Of a stretch of 64,000 nt of DNA, positions 1-13,890 are shown in pieces. Source of the DNA: Craspedostauros australis (taxonomy: Eukaryota). The position numbers were made by a program, and so were the translations under genes. The notes beneath the pieces are model-generated. The model was given only the letters and a program-made list of their open reading frames with translations. It did no database searches and was not told where the DNA came from. The stretch is from NCBI GenBank assembly GCA_030167865.1, contig JALAGF010001026.1, positions 1 through 64,000 on the forward strand, given 5' to 3'. Position 1 is the first letter of the stretch; every line of letters begins with the position of its first letter.

Positions 1-1011
1 AGCTCGTGGATCACCTCTGCCTGCCAGTGGATGGGCCGGAAGCGGTCTGGGGATGGAGGAGGGTTGGGGCTGTGCTTTGGGGAAGTCTAGAGTGGGAACA
101 CATACAAGGCAAGTGCTACATATGACCTGTATGACAGAAACACGGAAACGGAACAGTAGGCAGTGATACCAACAAGCACGAACATGCATGTGGAAGCGTT
201 GAGCATTCATTTTTGTTTGCTGTGAATGGAAACAACAAGTGGAGAGGAAGGAACTTCCTGTTGTCATAGTCTTCCACCGAGGAAGGCTACTCAACAGCAT
301 AGATTAGGCTAGACAGTATTGATGACGTCAGTGTATGATTAATTTGATTATTTTAGTCCCTCCAAGATTCAACGCGAACGCGAACATTTGGGGAGAGCTC
401 CCCACTAGTTGTCACCACGACAGGTTCCAGGGGTGGCTTCATTTTACATGCGATATCTCCCTAATGTTGACGAAGAAGGTAGGAAGATACCAATAATCGT
501 ACCGTTCCTGACCAACCAACATCGCTCAGGTGGTATCCGTGACTAACATGAATGTATTCGTGACTCATACATGTGATGATAGATCATCCGAGCACGCCCA
601 GACTGCCATACACAAGTCCGGAGCAAACAATATGCTTACTAATACTTGCTTGAAGTGGTACAGCTCCGAGCACAGTCGTCGGTTGGTCGTGTAGGACCGT
701 GTCTGCTATCACACTGCTCTGCAACCACAAACAGTTCTCAGCGTTTGTGCACACGATCTGCGGTTCGAGTCAGACACGTTCCTGTTTGCTCTTGGTGTGT
801 GAGTGTCTTCAAAGCTGCTTCAACCTTGTTGATCACGCCAAGACGGATGTCGTGCAAGTTGCTGCGTTGCGCCGTCGCTGCGTTTCACTGCTCCCAACTC
901 CATGGCGGTTGCTTCAAAATCACAATCGCACCGTTCCATTCCGCGCTTCTGCAGGCAAGATTCACTCCAATTGCTTCAGTCTACTCAATGAGTACTCGGC
1001 TCGGCTCTGCC

Positions 1012-2219
1012 CTACCAAAATTGATACCACGCCTTTGTGGCTGCCACAGGAACTCCCAAACTGAGGAGCTTGGCAAATGCCTTGGCGAAGTCCTTGAAGA
1101 AGAGGTCTTCATCCTTGGCATATGCTTCGACCCATTTCTTGAAGGTGGGGTCAGCGATGAGGATAATGTCAGCTGGCAACATCATGAGATTGCCCGTGGC
1201 ATCTTCGTACTGATCGGGTCCAGTCCAAGGCTTGCCGTTGTGGGTGATCTTGGGAGACCAACGCTCCTCCAGCAGCAAGCGGTAGTACTCGTTGGAGAAG
1301 GTCGTTTCTGCGTTCGTCCATGGTCCCCAGTATCCGGATCGGTCGGTATGGCAACGTCCCATGGCATGCGCTCCGAGCAGAGCCACGATTTCTTGATCAT
1401 TGAGTCCCATGCGACCGAAGATCTCCCGCACGTGCTCGATGGTGCCCTTGCGGGATCCCTTGTCTGCTTCGGGGAGACGGTCGTTGGGATCGGACGTGGC
1501 CCCGTCGACCGCATCCGAGCGGCCGGTCGAAAACGGAATGACAGGACCGCCGCTCTCTTCAACGGCTACGACGCCGGCGTAGGTGTACAGATCGGCGTAG
1601 GTCATTTCGGGGAACTTGGCCTTGATGGGCTCCAACGACTGGCGTGCCACGTCAAGTCCGGCGTTGCTGCCGTAGTTGGCCTCGGGATGGAATCGCATCT
1701 TGGCGCCATTGGACCCACCGGAGTTGTCCTTCTTCTGGTACGTCCCGCTGCAGTGCCATGCCAGGCGGATGTAGGTGCCGGCAAGGGATGTCCCGTCGCC
1801 GCGCTTCTCGCTTTCCGTTTCGATGACGTCAACGATGGATTCGCGGACCTTGTTCAAATCCACAGCCTCGGCCTGGGCGCTGTTCATGGTGGCGTACAGC
1901 GTCACAGACGCGAGTGCGGCTGCTGGTGCCAGCGTCTGTTCATTCATGTGGTCAAGATGTACGCACGGGTGTGCGTATGGGTGCATGCAAATGCGAGGAT
2001 TGCCAACCAAGGAACCAGAAGGTGAGATCGCTTGGGAGAAAACGGATGGAGCATGTCACTGCCCCACAAGAGGAGTTCGCACGATCAACTGCACCGAATC
2101 ATTTCCTTTTTCCTCCGTCACTTCGTCACATTCATCCCAAGACCATCATTGTCGCTATGATGGCAGCACAGTGGCAGCACGCGTGGACTCACGGATGTTG
2201 CGGTTCGAGAAACGTTCAT
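1012..2219 (-). CDS. CCP1: Cytochrome c peroxidase (class I heme peroxidase), probably mitochondrial; exons 2219-2193 and 1935-1012
   Basis: Distal motif [10 protein letters not shown] and proximal [20 protein letters not shown]. Predicted exon 1 MNVSRTATS is followed by GTGAGT, and the acceptor AACAG|ACG at 1935 joins in frame. The N-terminus is Ala/Ser/Thr-rich like a presequence. Exon 1 is less certain than the domain call. Confidence 0.88.
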
Positions 2220-3879
2220 CTTTGCAGCAGGTGTTTGGTCGTTGATTCGTTCCTTCCTTCTTTCTTTCTTGCTTTGCGGCTTTGTGGCTTCTTTGTGTTG
2301 TGACGCTTCCAAGCACTCCTCGCAATTCTCTCTCCAGCCCCCTCCCTCTCCTGTCTTTGCCTACGGATCCAAGAGAAGGACACAGGGGAGGGAAGTTGGG
2401 GCACGATCTTTGAATGTCAACACGAGAAAAGGAGGCGAGACGTGTTGGTATCTGACCAAGAAAATGCGAATCTCGATCAGACGAAGAACAAAAGGATCCA
2501 TCAGGACTATGCAAGCCCTTTGGTTGACACATCAGCAATCAAACACGATTAACGTACGACCCGTTGGACTACTCCAGAACAGTTCTCGTTATCGTCTTGA
2601 TGTAGATGACGTGGGTGTGACGATCTCTTTGTTGTTTGGTCTTGATTGGGGAGGTCCATTTCCACACACGCCATCACTGCGCCATCGCTGCGCCATCGCC
2701 ACCGCAACCTCCAGCTTCAAGTGCAACAACAACAACAACGACAACAACAAGTACTGGTACTATTACTTGAAGGAGACCATCTCCAATTGACAGTGTTTGT
2801 TCGAAACTATAACTCGTACCTACACCATCCATGCATGCACAAGAATAGAGTCGAGAAGGTAGCATGTCCCCAATGCAAGAGCAGAACTGTGCCAGTGCGC
2901 CCTGCAGCCGTTGTTGTTGTTGTTGTGCTGGGTGCTGCTGCGAGCACACTGAACGACGACAGCTGAATGGGTGATTGGGATCGAAAAGCGACTCACGATA
3001 CGACTCCACACACTTTATCGCCAAAAACACGCCCAACCAGAGAAGTTGGCGTTCGTGGAACAAAGGTGTCCGGGAGGGCCATTGCTCTAACAAGCGATAT
3101 GTCCTGCGATCGACCGATGCGACATCAATCAGAGGGTGGATTGTATCAAAATCGTGTCGTATGCAAACACGTGTGCAACTTGGGGTTCCGATTTCATTTT
3201 GTCGATTGAAGTCATTGTGACCCTGCCATGGAAGAACTTGGAGGTCTCACGATTTTGTGTTGTGACCCATCAACATCAGCGCGGTAGTTGTTGTTGTCTC
3301 ACCGTGGAACAGCGGGGTCAACACTTGCGTACTACCACAAGGGACGAATACGTGTGCTCGTTGAGTACGCGTCAGAGAGTAGTATGTGTATTTGCGTGGA
3401 AGACTTTGTGTCTCTGTGTTTTCTTTGTGCCTCTTTTCTGTGGTGGTTGTGGTCGTTGTTGATGTGGTTGATGTGGTTGATGTGGTTGATGTGCCAAAGA
3501 CCCTTCTCTCGTTTCGGTGGCCAACCAGATCGCGTGATGGAAGACATCCTGGCCTGTTGACTTCTTCCTCCTCCTGTTTCTGCTCTGCTCTGCTCTCTGC
3601 GACTCTTTGGCGTCGCCTGATTTCTCGTCCAGAACATCGAAACCATCAGGGAGCAGCAAGCGACAACACGCAGGACAGTCGAACAGAGCAGTTGCAGAGC
3701 AGCGCAGTGCAGATCTGATCACATCATCGCACTTTGACAGCACTGCCAAACATAGAGCAACGTTTGTTCTTCACTCGGCGCGTCCTTCATCTCGGCGTCC
3801 TGCTTTCACATCCATCGACCACCCCCTGGGGGCTCCGACACGATCCAACACGATAGCATACCTACCATACAATACATAC

Positions 3880-3948
3880 CATACGCACATACGCACATAC
3901 GCACATACGCACATACGCACATACGCACATACGCACATACGCACATAC
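3880..3948. repeat. Tandem repeat (CATACGCA)n, about 8 copies, just upstream of the HSF-like ORF
   Basis: Directly visible in the sequence. Confidence 0.95.
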
Positions 3949-3991
3949 CAGTACTTCACAATACAAACTCGCACTGTTGTCAGACAACGGA

Positions 3992-5620
3992 ATGATGACA
4001 ATGGCGCAAAAGAGTGGGGATGGCACGGGCGCAAGCTCACAGATCCCGTCCATCTCCTTCGACAAGGAGCAGCACAAGACCTCGAGACGCTCGCAGAGGC
4101 ACAGCGTGGCCTTCACCGACCCGGAACCTGCCAAGATGCCCGTGCATAGCGGTCTTTCCGCGCTGATCCTCGCCGCGACAAGTCAGCTGGGTCCGCTGGC
4201 GGAAGCGGCGACCCAGTGCAGCGACGCATCCGACCTCAGCATCGCGCAGATCAGCCACGGCGACGGCTACGTGAGCTCGCACGATGAAGACAATGGCATG
4301 CGCTCCTCCACACCTCCCAGGAACAGGCTGGTGCCATCCTCGTCATCCTCCACGGCGGTCTCCGTGTCCACCAAGGACAGGGATATCAGCAGAACTCGCA
4401 ATCGCGGCGGCAACGCCAACGGTCATCACGCCACGCGCAACGGGGACGGCGATGATGGCAAGCACCATCCCTTCCCAGAAGTCCTCATGACCCTGCTGCT
4501 CGACCCCAGCAACCGCGACATCGTCACCTTCCTGCCCGACGGCAAGTTCTTCGCCATGAGGTCCAAGGAGTTCGCCGAGGAGGTCATGCGACAGCACTTC
4601 ACGGTGGAGTCCTTCGAGGAGTTCCTGGAACTCGTCCATGACTGGGGATTCACGCGGATCGACGATGGCTCCGACGATGAGAACACATCGGTCTGCTCCG
4701 GCATACAGGTCTTCCGACACCCCCAGTTCCACAAGGGCAGCCGCAGCTACATGGCCATGAAGTACGGCCAGAGCCCCACGGAGGTCCGCATGTCCGTCAT
4801 ACCCGACAGGGCGAAGATCGAGCTCTCCCTCAGCGATGATTCCATGGCCTCGCAGACCAACACCGCCGACAGCAACCCCAAGCGCAGGCTGTCGCCCACC
4901 CACCTCAGAAGGCAGTCGGAGACTTCGACCACCTCCCAAAGGCAGCGAATCGGCTTCGAACAGGATGTGCAGATGACCCTCTCCGCGCCCCTGCTCAACG
5001 AGATGCACGCGCTCAACAGAAGGGGCAGCCTCGACTCTAGTGGCGAGCACCGCAGCATGAGCCGCCGGGCGTCCATAGAATCCAGAAGTCTCGCCTTGGC
5101 CATAACCACGGAAAAGCTCAACCTCGAATGCAACGACGCCGACAAGGAACCGCCGGCTCAGCCCAACCAGCTCAAGGCGCTGGTCGATGACGGGGTCGAG
5201 CGTGCCACGCGCAACATCGTGGGAGACGCCATCGAGAGCCTGCTGTGGGATGAGACGCACACGAGGGAGACCTACCTCAAGCATGCAAGGGAGCTGTCCA
5301 CGTCGACCTTGCCGGGCGTCGTGCCGATCAGCAAGCAGCTCTTTTCGCCGGAGCAGATGGCGCAGCTGTCCGCTCAGCTCGCGATACAGAACGGTCACAA
5401 TGGCGTTGCTACTGGTGGCGTTGCTACTAGTGGCGTTGCGACTGGTATTGCTGCGAGCGCTGCTGCTGCTGGTACTGTTGCCAATGGCAACGTAAGACAG
5501 CTGGATGGACAACCGAATGGCGGTGTCTCGACGTCGACAGGCAATCAACCTCTTCCACGGAAGAAAAAGCAACAGAAAAAGAAACAGCAAACGTCACGGA
5601 CAGCAGCTAAAAAGTCGTAA
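3992..5620 (+). CDS. HSF-type DNA-binding-domain protein (degenerate)
   Basis: FPEVLMTLL..DIVTFLPDGKFFAM..F...VMRQHF...WGFTR...FRHPQFHKG follows the HSF winged-helix pattern. There is a basic NLS-like tail RKKKQQKKK. An upstream exon is possible (TTGTCAG acceptor-like site at 3983). Confidence 0.75.
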   Translation: MMTMAQKSGDGTGASSQIPSISFDKEQHKTSRRSQRHSVAFTDPEPAKMPVHSGLSALILAATSQLGPLAEAATQCSDASDLSIAQISHGDGYVSSHDEDNGMRSSTPPRNRLVPSSSSSTAVSVSTKDRDISRTRNRGGNANGHHATRNGDGDDGKHHPFPEVLMTLLLDPSNRDIVTFLPDGKFFAMRSKEFAEEVMRQHFTVESFEEFLELVHDWGFTRIDDGSDDENTSVCSGIQVFRHPQFHKGSRSYMAMKYGQSPTEVRMSVIPDRAKIELSLSDDSMASQTNTADSNPKRRLSPTHLRRQSETSTTSQRQRIGFEQDVQMTLSAPLLNEMHALNRRGSLDSSGEHRSMSRRASIESRSLALAITTEKLNLECNDADKEPPAQPNQLKALVDDGVERATRNIVGDAIESLLWDETHTRETYLKHARELSTSTLPGVVPISKQLFSPEQMAQLSAQLAIQNGHNGVATGGVATSGVATGIAASAAAAGTVANGNVRQLDGQPNGGVSTSTGNQPLPRKKKQQKKKQQTSRTAAKKS

Positions 5621-6326
5621 GTGCAACCATCACAGACACAGGCCACAAGAACACAATGTCAGACCGATCTGTTGCATCACCAGGGTGACATTGCCATCAC
5701 ACAACGAACTGCAAACATACGCACGAACACACGTAATCAAGGAGGAGGATGGACCCCCACCACCACTTTGGGAGTTTGGTATGATGTGCCCGGACGCGCA
5801 AGTGCCCCAATCAACCAGAAGCCCAGCGGTCATCGCAGTCATCGAAGATCGGCACATCATGTGGCGCACAACACATCCCAAACAGTGTCGAGACGCGCTT
5901 GTTGAGCATGGCCGCTCGCATTCGTCGCAACTTGTTGTTGGACCCAACGCACGTAACTGTCTCGTGGAATCAACCGGCAATTATAATGAAGGAATAGAGA
6001 TACCATACACATGTCGTCGATGACAACACATTCACGACATCGCTGCCTGGTTCGTTGGATCATCATCGGCGGTCTATCTGATATGTAATGGAAATGTGCT
6101 GAGAGTTATCTGCGTTGCTGTTCGCCACACTCACTATTGGCACTTGTGGTATGCGGTGTGGCAGATGATCAACGCCGGCACGGTTATCTGTCTGCAAGCT
6201 GTTGATTCCGAATGGAGGACTTCGATCGGACGGCGCGTATGCCTTCTCGCATGGCACAATGCTACCCAGCGTACTCGTACGTATGGTACCATAGCTCGTA
6301 CGTACTAATACACGTACGGAAGCAAC

Positions 6327-9300
6327 TCACCGCATCCAAAGGTACGCCTTGCCTGGTGTGACTTGTTCGATGACGCGATCTGGAACGGAATTATCCTTGA
6401 CGTCGTCCAGCTTGATGATGTCAAACTCCTTCAAGTTCAACTGGGATTTGATGTACGCGATGCTGCCCTGCAGGATGGCGTTCTGGTCGAACGGAAGGTT
6501 GATGTCCAAGGCGACCTTGCCGACATCTGCAACTTCGTTCTTCATGAATGAAGCGAATTGCATGGTGAACTTGATCATCTTCTTGTCGCTGACGTTCTTC
6601 CCGGTCCATCCCTTGAGCTCCTTCATGAAGGTGGTTGGGAGGGTGCCCGTGGCCTCGTCGTACTGTTCCTGCATCCACTTCAGGGTGTTCACCTTCCACT
6701 CGGGGTACGAATCGGAGATGACAATGGAGGCGGTCGACCATCCCTTCTTGGCCTTGCCTGCCTGTCCACGGAAACGCTTCAAGGAATCGCTCAGGAATTT
6801 GGACTGGCGAGACAGCATCTTGTCCTCCTCCTCTGACTTTGGCCATGGCGCGTGCACGGCAAGACCTTCCTTACCGAGCTTCTTCCACATGCTCTCGGAC
6901 CTGTAGCAGTTCATCGCCGTCATCGTAGTCACCATTGTTGTTGTTGTTGTTGTTGTTTTTGTTGTTTGTTCATGTCGTGATGATGGAAAGCGACCAATCC
7001 GGAGAGATCCAATTTAATTTGTGAAGGGCGAAGTAGACATGAATAGAGCACGAATAGAAGTGTCGATGAATGATGTGAGAAGTGTGAAATGAGACTTGTG
7101 AAATGCCACTTTCCATTGCAGCGTGCACAATACTTACCAATGTGGACACACGGGACAGATCATGATGACGACGCTTTCGGCCCATCTCTGGACGATGTCC
7201 TTGTGCATCGCGATGCCACTGTCCTTGCACCAACTGCGGTAATCGTTGCGCGCCAGCATCATTTCGAACCAACCGTGCTGGATTCCTTCACGGAATTGCA
7301 TGGTGGCGAAGGACTTGCTGCAGGCCTTGACGAGACGGTTGATGTCGTTAACGAGGACCTTGTCCATGAAGTTCATCTCTCCGTCCGTTCGAAGATCCGG
7401 CGAGGCCAGGGTGTCAGTCATCCACGTGTCTTCGTTGACGAGGGAGACGATGGCGGAATCGGCAGTCTCGCGGCTGAAGTTGGCATCGTCCAAGGAGTCT
7501 CCAGCATCGGCGCATGCGAATCGGGTGGCATCAGCGGAATAGTTGCTCACGGTGTCATTCATCATGAGGAAGTTGCCCTTCGACTTGCTCATCTTTTCGG
7601 CATCGACCAAGACGTGGCCGTTGCAGTAGTAGCTCTTTGGCCACAGCGCTGGTTCATCCTCCCAGATCGCAGCGTGGTTGAACAGCGCCATGGTCAAGTG
7701 GTTTGGAATGAGATCCTTGGCGCTCACACGCAAGTTCATTGGGTACCAGTAACGGAACTCATCGCGCATCTTGTCCAGGGTCTCGGTTGGGATCTTGCAA
7801 TCTGCCGGAAGCGCTCCGTTTCTGTAAATGTAGTCAAAGACACCGGCTGTGAGGTCCTTGGGGTCGATCTCTTCTGGCGACTTGGAGGCATCGCCATTCA
7901 AGTTGCCTTCACCCTGCAGATGGTGTGCGATGGTGTAGTAGGCCATGTAGATGGTACTGTCGGAAAGACTTTCGATGACCCAGGATTCATCCCATGGCAA
8001 GTAGGTCCCCAGTCCGAACTGACGCGTACAGGCCCATTCCTTCAACCAGCCGACGGTGTAATCGTAACGAGCCAGGGCGGCTGGATCGTACGCATCGAAT
8101 GCTTCTGCGTTCAGCACATGCTTCTTGACGGCGCTGGTCCAGGACTCTTCTCCGTATGACAGGTACCATTGGTCCGTGGCAGCAACAACGCACTCATCGT
8201 TCGTCCGCGAGACGACCTTGCTCTCTGGCTCGAAGTAGAGGCATGCCTGTCCGGCATCAATCATCTCCTGCTTGATGATGGGCTTGGCCTCGCTGACCTT
8301 CTTGTCCTTGTGCGGGCCGACGGTCATGATACCGAAATTGAAGCCCTTGAGGTAGGTCTCGTCTTTCGCCTGCGCGAGTTTGGCCTTGTCGTTGAAGCTC
8401 TTGATCTTCAGCTTCTTGCACATGAAGACGGCAGATGCATCGCCATATCCTTCGATGGTGATGATGGGGACGACCTCGAATGGAACCACCATGTCGTCCG
8501 TGATGTCGTACTTCGCACGGAAGTCTGGCTTGTCCTGCAAGGCCTTCAGGGAGACGTAGTCATCCGGCGCGTCACTTGGAACGGACGTGACGACGCCGGT
8601 TCCCTTGCCCATGCTGATCGTGAGGAGGGGCAGGGTGTAGACCTTGTCGTACTTGGCCAGCGGTGCCTTGATTGGGAGCCCGAGGAGTTCGTCACCGGAG
8701 AAGGTTTCGAGGCAAGTGATCTTTCCGAACTCCTTCGTGTAGCCCTGGTTGTCCTTGTAGACTTGGCAGGACAGACCACGGGCAGAACGGGCGCTCATGA
8801 TGAAGACCTCATCGGTGGCATCTACGAGGTAGGCACCGTACTCGCCCGTTGGCAAGACGAAGAGATTGGTCTGACCGTACATGGTCTCTGGTCGCAGGGT
8901 GGCTGGCACCATGTAGACCGGCTTGCCACCGGCAAGGAGCTTCGACATCTTCTCGTGACGGGCCTGGCCATGATCGGGCTCCAGCACCTTGAGCTTGATG
9001 AGGACGTATTCCTGCGGGCCGACGCCTTCACCCTCGCTACGGTCATGATCGGCACACACCTGCCCATCAACCAGGGAGAACACGTTGTTGCGTTTTCCGA
9101 AGAGGATCTTGTTCTTCGCTTTGAGGGTTTCGAACTGCCACCGGATGAATGCGTCGTAGTATGGGTTGACGGCCGTCGTGATGAAGGCACGTCGCCAATC
9201 GACGCCCGCGCCGAAGTTGTGGAGATGATCCACGCCGATCGGTGGGAAGTACTTGAGCCAGTGGTAAGGATCGACGAATTGCGGGATTTCGTCAAGCGGG

Positions 9301-10296
9301 ACCATCTTTGTCAGGATGTTCCACTGGCGCACGATGCCGGTTCCCGTCTTGGCCACCAGCTTCGTCTTTCCTCCCTTGGCCTTCTTTTCTGGATTAACGG
9401 CCGCCTTGGCTGCTGCGATTTCGGCCTCCATCTTCGCCCGCACTTCGGGGTCGTTCTCTGGGAACTTTGGCGGAGTTCCGTAATTTGCCAGCTCGGATTT
9501 CAGCTTGTTGGCAGCCTATAGTACCATGCGAGTATTTTGGAGAAAGTGCAGGGATATGTATGTTGTATTGCATAGTTGTATTGCATTGTTACAACAAGTT
9601 CGGATGCGTTGTTCGAGTGTGGTGTATTGTACATATACGCCATATGCACAATGCGAGCAGCAGCCCATGATTTGGTATGGTGCCATGCATGCACAATCAT
9701 TCATGCACAATTCCAGTCATGCGTGTTGCGCGTTCGAATCAAGGTTCGTGTCACGTACCCGTATCGCGTCATGTTGTGGGATGGGGGCATGATGAGGGTA
9801 CGAATTGAAACATGTTTGAGAGAAGGCCAAACATGATGGAAAATGAAGCAATGAGACAGTGAGACAACGGGACGATGAGCATTGAAGATATCACCATTCC
9901 AGCATCTTCACACAGATATCCATGGATACAGCCATGCATGTGGGTGTGATACCAGCAATGCAACGCAGATGAACTCACCGCCTGGATTGGCATTCCTGTG
10001 CAATGGAAAGCAAAGGGGAAGAGGACGTTCTTTCCCTGATGACGCTCGTACTGCGCACGGAAGATGGCCTTGGTCAAGGAGAAGGCATGTCCGATGTGCA
10101 AGTGTCCGTTGGAGTACGGGTACGGGAAGGTGACCATGAAGGATTCACGTCCGGCATCAGGATTGGCCTGGAAGGCTCCCTTTTCTTCCCACATCTTCTG
10201 AACCTCAACCTCGTTGGAACGCAGCGCATCGCGCTTGGCGGTTCCCTTGGCTGCGATGGTCAGGTTGGCCATCTTGTCGGTCGCTTCTTTGCTCAT
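6327..10296 (-). CDS. LARS1: Cytosolic leucyl-tRNA synthetase; exons 10296-9979, 9515-7138, 6900-6327
   Basis: HIGH motif (HLHIGH), KMSKS, and CP1 editing motifs ([22 protein letters not shown]). Both GT-AG introns join in frame (QA|AANKL; HW split TG|G). Confidence 0.97.
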
Positions 10297-11696
10297 GTTC
10301 GTGTTGATCTTCTTGCTCTGATTGTTGCTGCGATAAATGGAGAGAGCACTTGTACGGCTGCTGTTTGCTGTTGTTTGTCCACGTCTCAGCTCCTTGGCCT
10401 CTTGGGCTTGTGTTTGCGATTGCGATTGCGAGAGTGAGGGCAGGGTGAAGGTCGGATGCGGATGAGTTGTGTGCTCTGCGATCTACTCGTGCCCGTGGTT
10501 CGTGCCAGTGTGCGGATCTTTTGCTTCTTGATGTGCCACTTCACGCCACACTTCACGTGTTTGGGATCGGTTGATTTGTTCCGTGTGGATCATCGGTTCG
10601 TCTGTTCCTCCCACCGTTGTTGTTGTTGTTGTCCATGGTCACCGTCTCTCCTCACTTTCTGTGAGTCTTGTGCTTGATGTCGCCACTGTTCCAAACACAA
10701 CACTTACGCCCATAACCCATTTGAATTGGTTTGTGGCCAAAGTGATCGCATTGGTCAAACGAATTGGCGAATCCCTAGCATCAGAATATTTCGCTTCTCA
10801 CTGGACAGTAATAGTTATCGCTTATCCCTAGCGTTCAGAGTCCGACATTCTGGGTTGGATCAGCCACATCAAAACGGCACTCGCGGTTGCGCTTTTGTCG
10901 CGTTGTTTCCGATTCCAACACGAAATCCCTTGGTGCGACACCAGGTGCGACACAGCGGCATATGCTGACGCTTCGATGCGAACTCACAAACAGAGACCGA
11001 ACAATGACTGCGACAACGCCGCGGCAACGACCAGTCCAACAAGAAGGCGGAAGGGAGGAGAAACAACTCAGCGAGAGACAGAGACACACAGAGAGTCACC
11101 AACACAAGAGGATAGCGGAAGGAGAACAGATCCTGAGACGAGCGGCATCAACAACGCGACAACGACAACGAGCAACAACACCGTCTCCAACATCTCCATT
11201 TGCGCTACCGACAACGCCATCTCAAGACCATCGACATCGACATCAACAACAACAACAACAACAGTCTTCAAAAAGAGGCAGTCGGTGTACTGTGCGTGTA
11301 TTGTCAACTCGACCTCAAATACATTCGCAACCAACAACTCCAGCACGAGAGGAGCAAACCAAGCAGCGAATCGAACACAACCACGACACGGAAATCACAA
11401 ACGCGAGAAGAGACCAGAAAGGAGACTTCCACCTCCAATCCGAATTGATTTTTTGCTGCGTGGTCCTCTCTGTTTGGTCCACCAGAACGAAGTCGAACGG
11501 CGAAGAATTCAGCAGGGGAAGCAAACCAACGCAGACCAAGCAACACGCAACACTCGACACTCGACACACACAGCACAATAGAGCACGGCCGTGTTCGCAG
11601 AGACACGCATACATACGACTACTCGCACCCACAAACACACAGATTGCAACATCCACACCCGTATCATAGCCTTTCCAAGACAAATACTGCATCACA

Positions 11697-12987
11697 ATGG
11701 CGAACGAGGTGATCAACTGGAACGAGGCCATGCAGCAATGCGGCGACGATGAAGAATTTCTGAGAGAATTGCTGGACGATCTGAGGTCTGAAATGGAAAC
11801 GCAAATGCTCAAGATCGCGGAGACCATCAGCGTGAGTGTGAATCGGTGGTTTGGTGGCTCGACGAAGAAGTGGGCTGTGGTTGTGCTTCGATTCTTCTCA
11901 TCTTGTCGTGGTTTGAGGGTTTGAGGAGGGCATCATGTGCTCCGTACTTGTGCACATGGCATCAACAAATGTTTGGAAGGAACGATGATCGCTGCTTCGT
12001 GTGAGCCGCGGCACAGGAGGAGAAGCACAGGAGAGAGAGAGAGAGAGAGAGAGAGCATGTGTGTGCGTGTTGCCTCGATGTTCATCGGCTGTAAAGCAAG
12101 TTTATGGTACTCCAGGAGACACAGTTCAACATCCCGAAGCCCGGTTCTCCTCTGGCAATCAACTCACTTTTGCTTCGGTTCTTGCTTTCCACTTCACTTT
12201 GCTTCATCGCTCTCAACTCGGCTCTGTTCTAATTGACTGACGTTTGCTAACCGGCATTCGATCTTGCCAAACTGTCGTCATGCTCCACATGGATCCTGTC
12301 TGGGGTGTCGCATCGACAATGCAATGCAATGCTACGTTATGCTGCGAACTGATACTTCACGACACTGCACTGTCATACGGTTCGATCGTGTTGATGGGTT
12401 GGCAACCTGGCTACTCTATTCACTTCGTCTGGATGCATCACCTAACGAACGAACCAACGCACGTATTCATCACACATAACTTATGCTGTGCATGCGGCCA
12501 ACTTTGTCTTGGTGGTAACGATGGTGCTTCGTCGACTAACTCGTGGCCGGTGTACGGATTTCTCAATTACCGATGAATTGATCCATCAATCAATCTCAAA
12601 CTCTCGTCGTCCTTCACACCGGATAACACCCCACCTGGTGTCATTCACGACGCTCAATGATCCTTGTGAAACACCTGTGACAATACACGTTTGTGTTTGT
12701 GTTTGTGTGCATACTCTCACCAACTTCGCAACTCAATACAGAATCCACCGGATCGACCATTCGTGCACATTACTCGAGCAGCGCACGTCATCAAAGGTGC
12801 CGCTGCCAACCTGATGTGCGGGGAGCTCAAAGAGACTGCATCCATGTTGGAAAAGGTCGCCCAGAAGGCCAGCTCGGATCCAAATCCATCGAATCCTGCC
12901 ATCCTTTCCGAAGTCCAAGCGCGGTACGAAGCCCTGCGTACAGCTGTGCAGAACTACAACGCCCACCTGGAATCCATCGGAGTATGA
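11697..12987 (+). CDS. Stand-alone histidine phosphotransfer (HPt) protein, about 126 aa; exons 11697-11831 and 12742-12987
   Basis: HPt signature AAHVIKGAAANL with the phospho-accepting His, plus N-terminal INWNEAMQQCGDDEEFLRELL. The 910-nt GTGAGT...TACAG intron is phase 0. Confidence 0.9.
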
Positions 12988-13890
12988 TCGCCCTTGCACA
13001 TTCTCCCAACCAGCGGATGGATGGATGGATGGAATGGTGGAGAGAGAGACAGAGAGATCGGCGAATTGCTGAATGGATGCACCCATGGAGCATGAGCGCA
13101 AGAATGAATTATTGGATGGATGTCTTGGTCATTCAGTGGCGTACGAGCTAGCAAAGGAATGGCGATCGTTGGCCGCCTCTTGGCTCATCCTCTCATGCTT
13201 TGTTTTCGTTTGCTCGGGGACAAGGACAACAAGAGTTGAGATTACCAAACCATGCCAAACGAGTACATCCGCAGTAGTATCACGCCGACAGTCGGTATGC
13301 TCCCTCACGTGACTATCGGCAAGAGACAGAGCGAGAGAGAGAAGTAGAATGACGACACCAAAGGACAACAAGAAACAACAACACCACCCCACGTCACAGT
13401 TATTTGTAACGATAGAAACACGTGTCAAATGAACCAGCAACCACCTAACTCTTCTGTTCCATGGCTTCCTTTTAATACTTTTCTTTCCTTGGATGCCAAG
13501 GTGCTGCGAATAGTATCACTCACGGTCTGGGACTTCGTCTGTCGCTGTTTTCCTCCAGCATGACGAAATGCAGCAGTTGATTCGCAATGGTGCCGCGCGC
13601 TTGCGTGGGTCGCCAAGTCGTAGCGGCAAGCATCAGATCATGATGGTGAAGCAATGATCACGAACGATTGCAACTGCGACTGCAGCTACACTATGATGTG
13701 CTGCATTTCATCCTGTACAATAGCAAACAGGCATAGTCGTCCGCGTGCTGGCTCGTCGTGCGATCCCGCGAAGAACGATACTCTGGAATGCTCTCCATGT
13801 CCATGTACATACTCGTACGACTACTCGCATACATGGAGAATCGCGAACTACCATAGTCGTACCATACAACACCTTACGTTTTAACTCCCT

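Noticed and set aside
1-640. ORF-free region at the window start as a possible LTR or TE fragment
   Set aside because: No terminal repeats, primer-binding site or coding remnants that I can support.
646-2025. Long antisense ORFs opposite CCP (also opposite LeuRS, AMPK-gamma, eRF1, MAT, MATX and 56797-58557)
   Set aside because: Shadow ORFs caused by the codon bias of the real genes on the other strand; no recognisable motifs.
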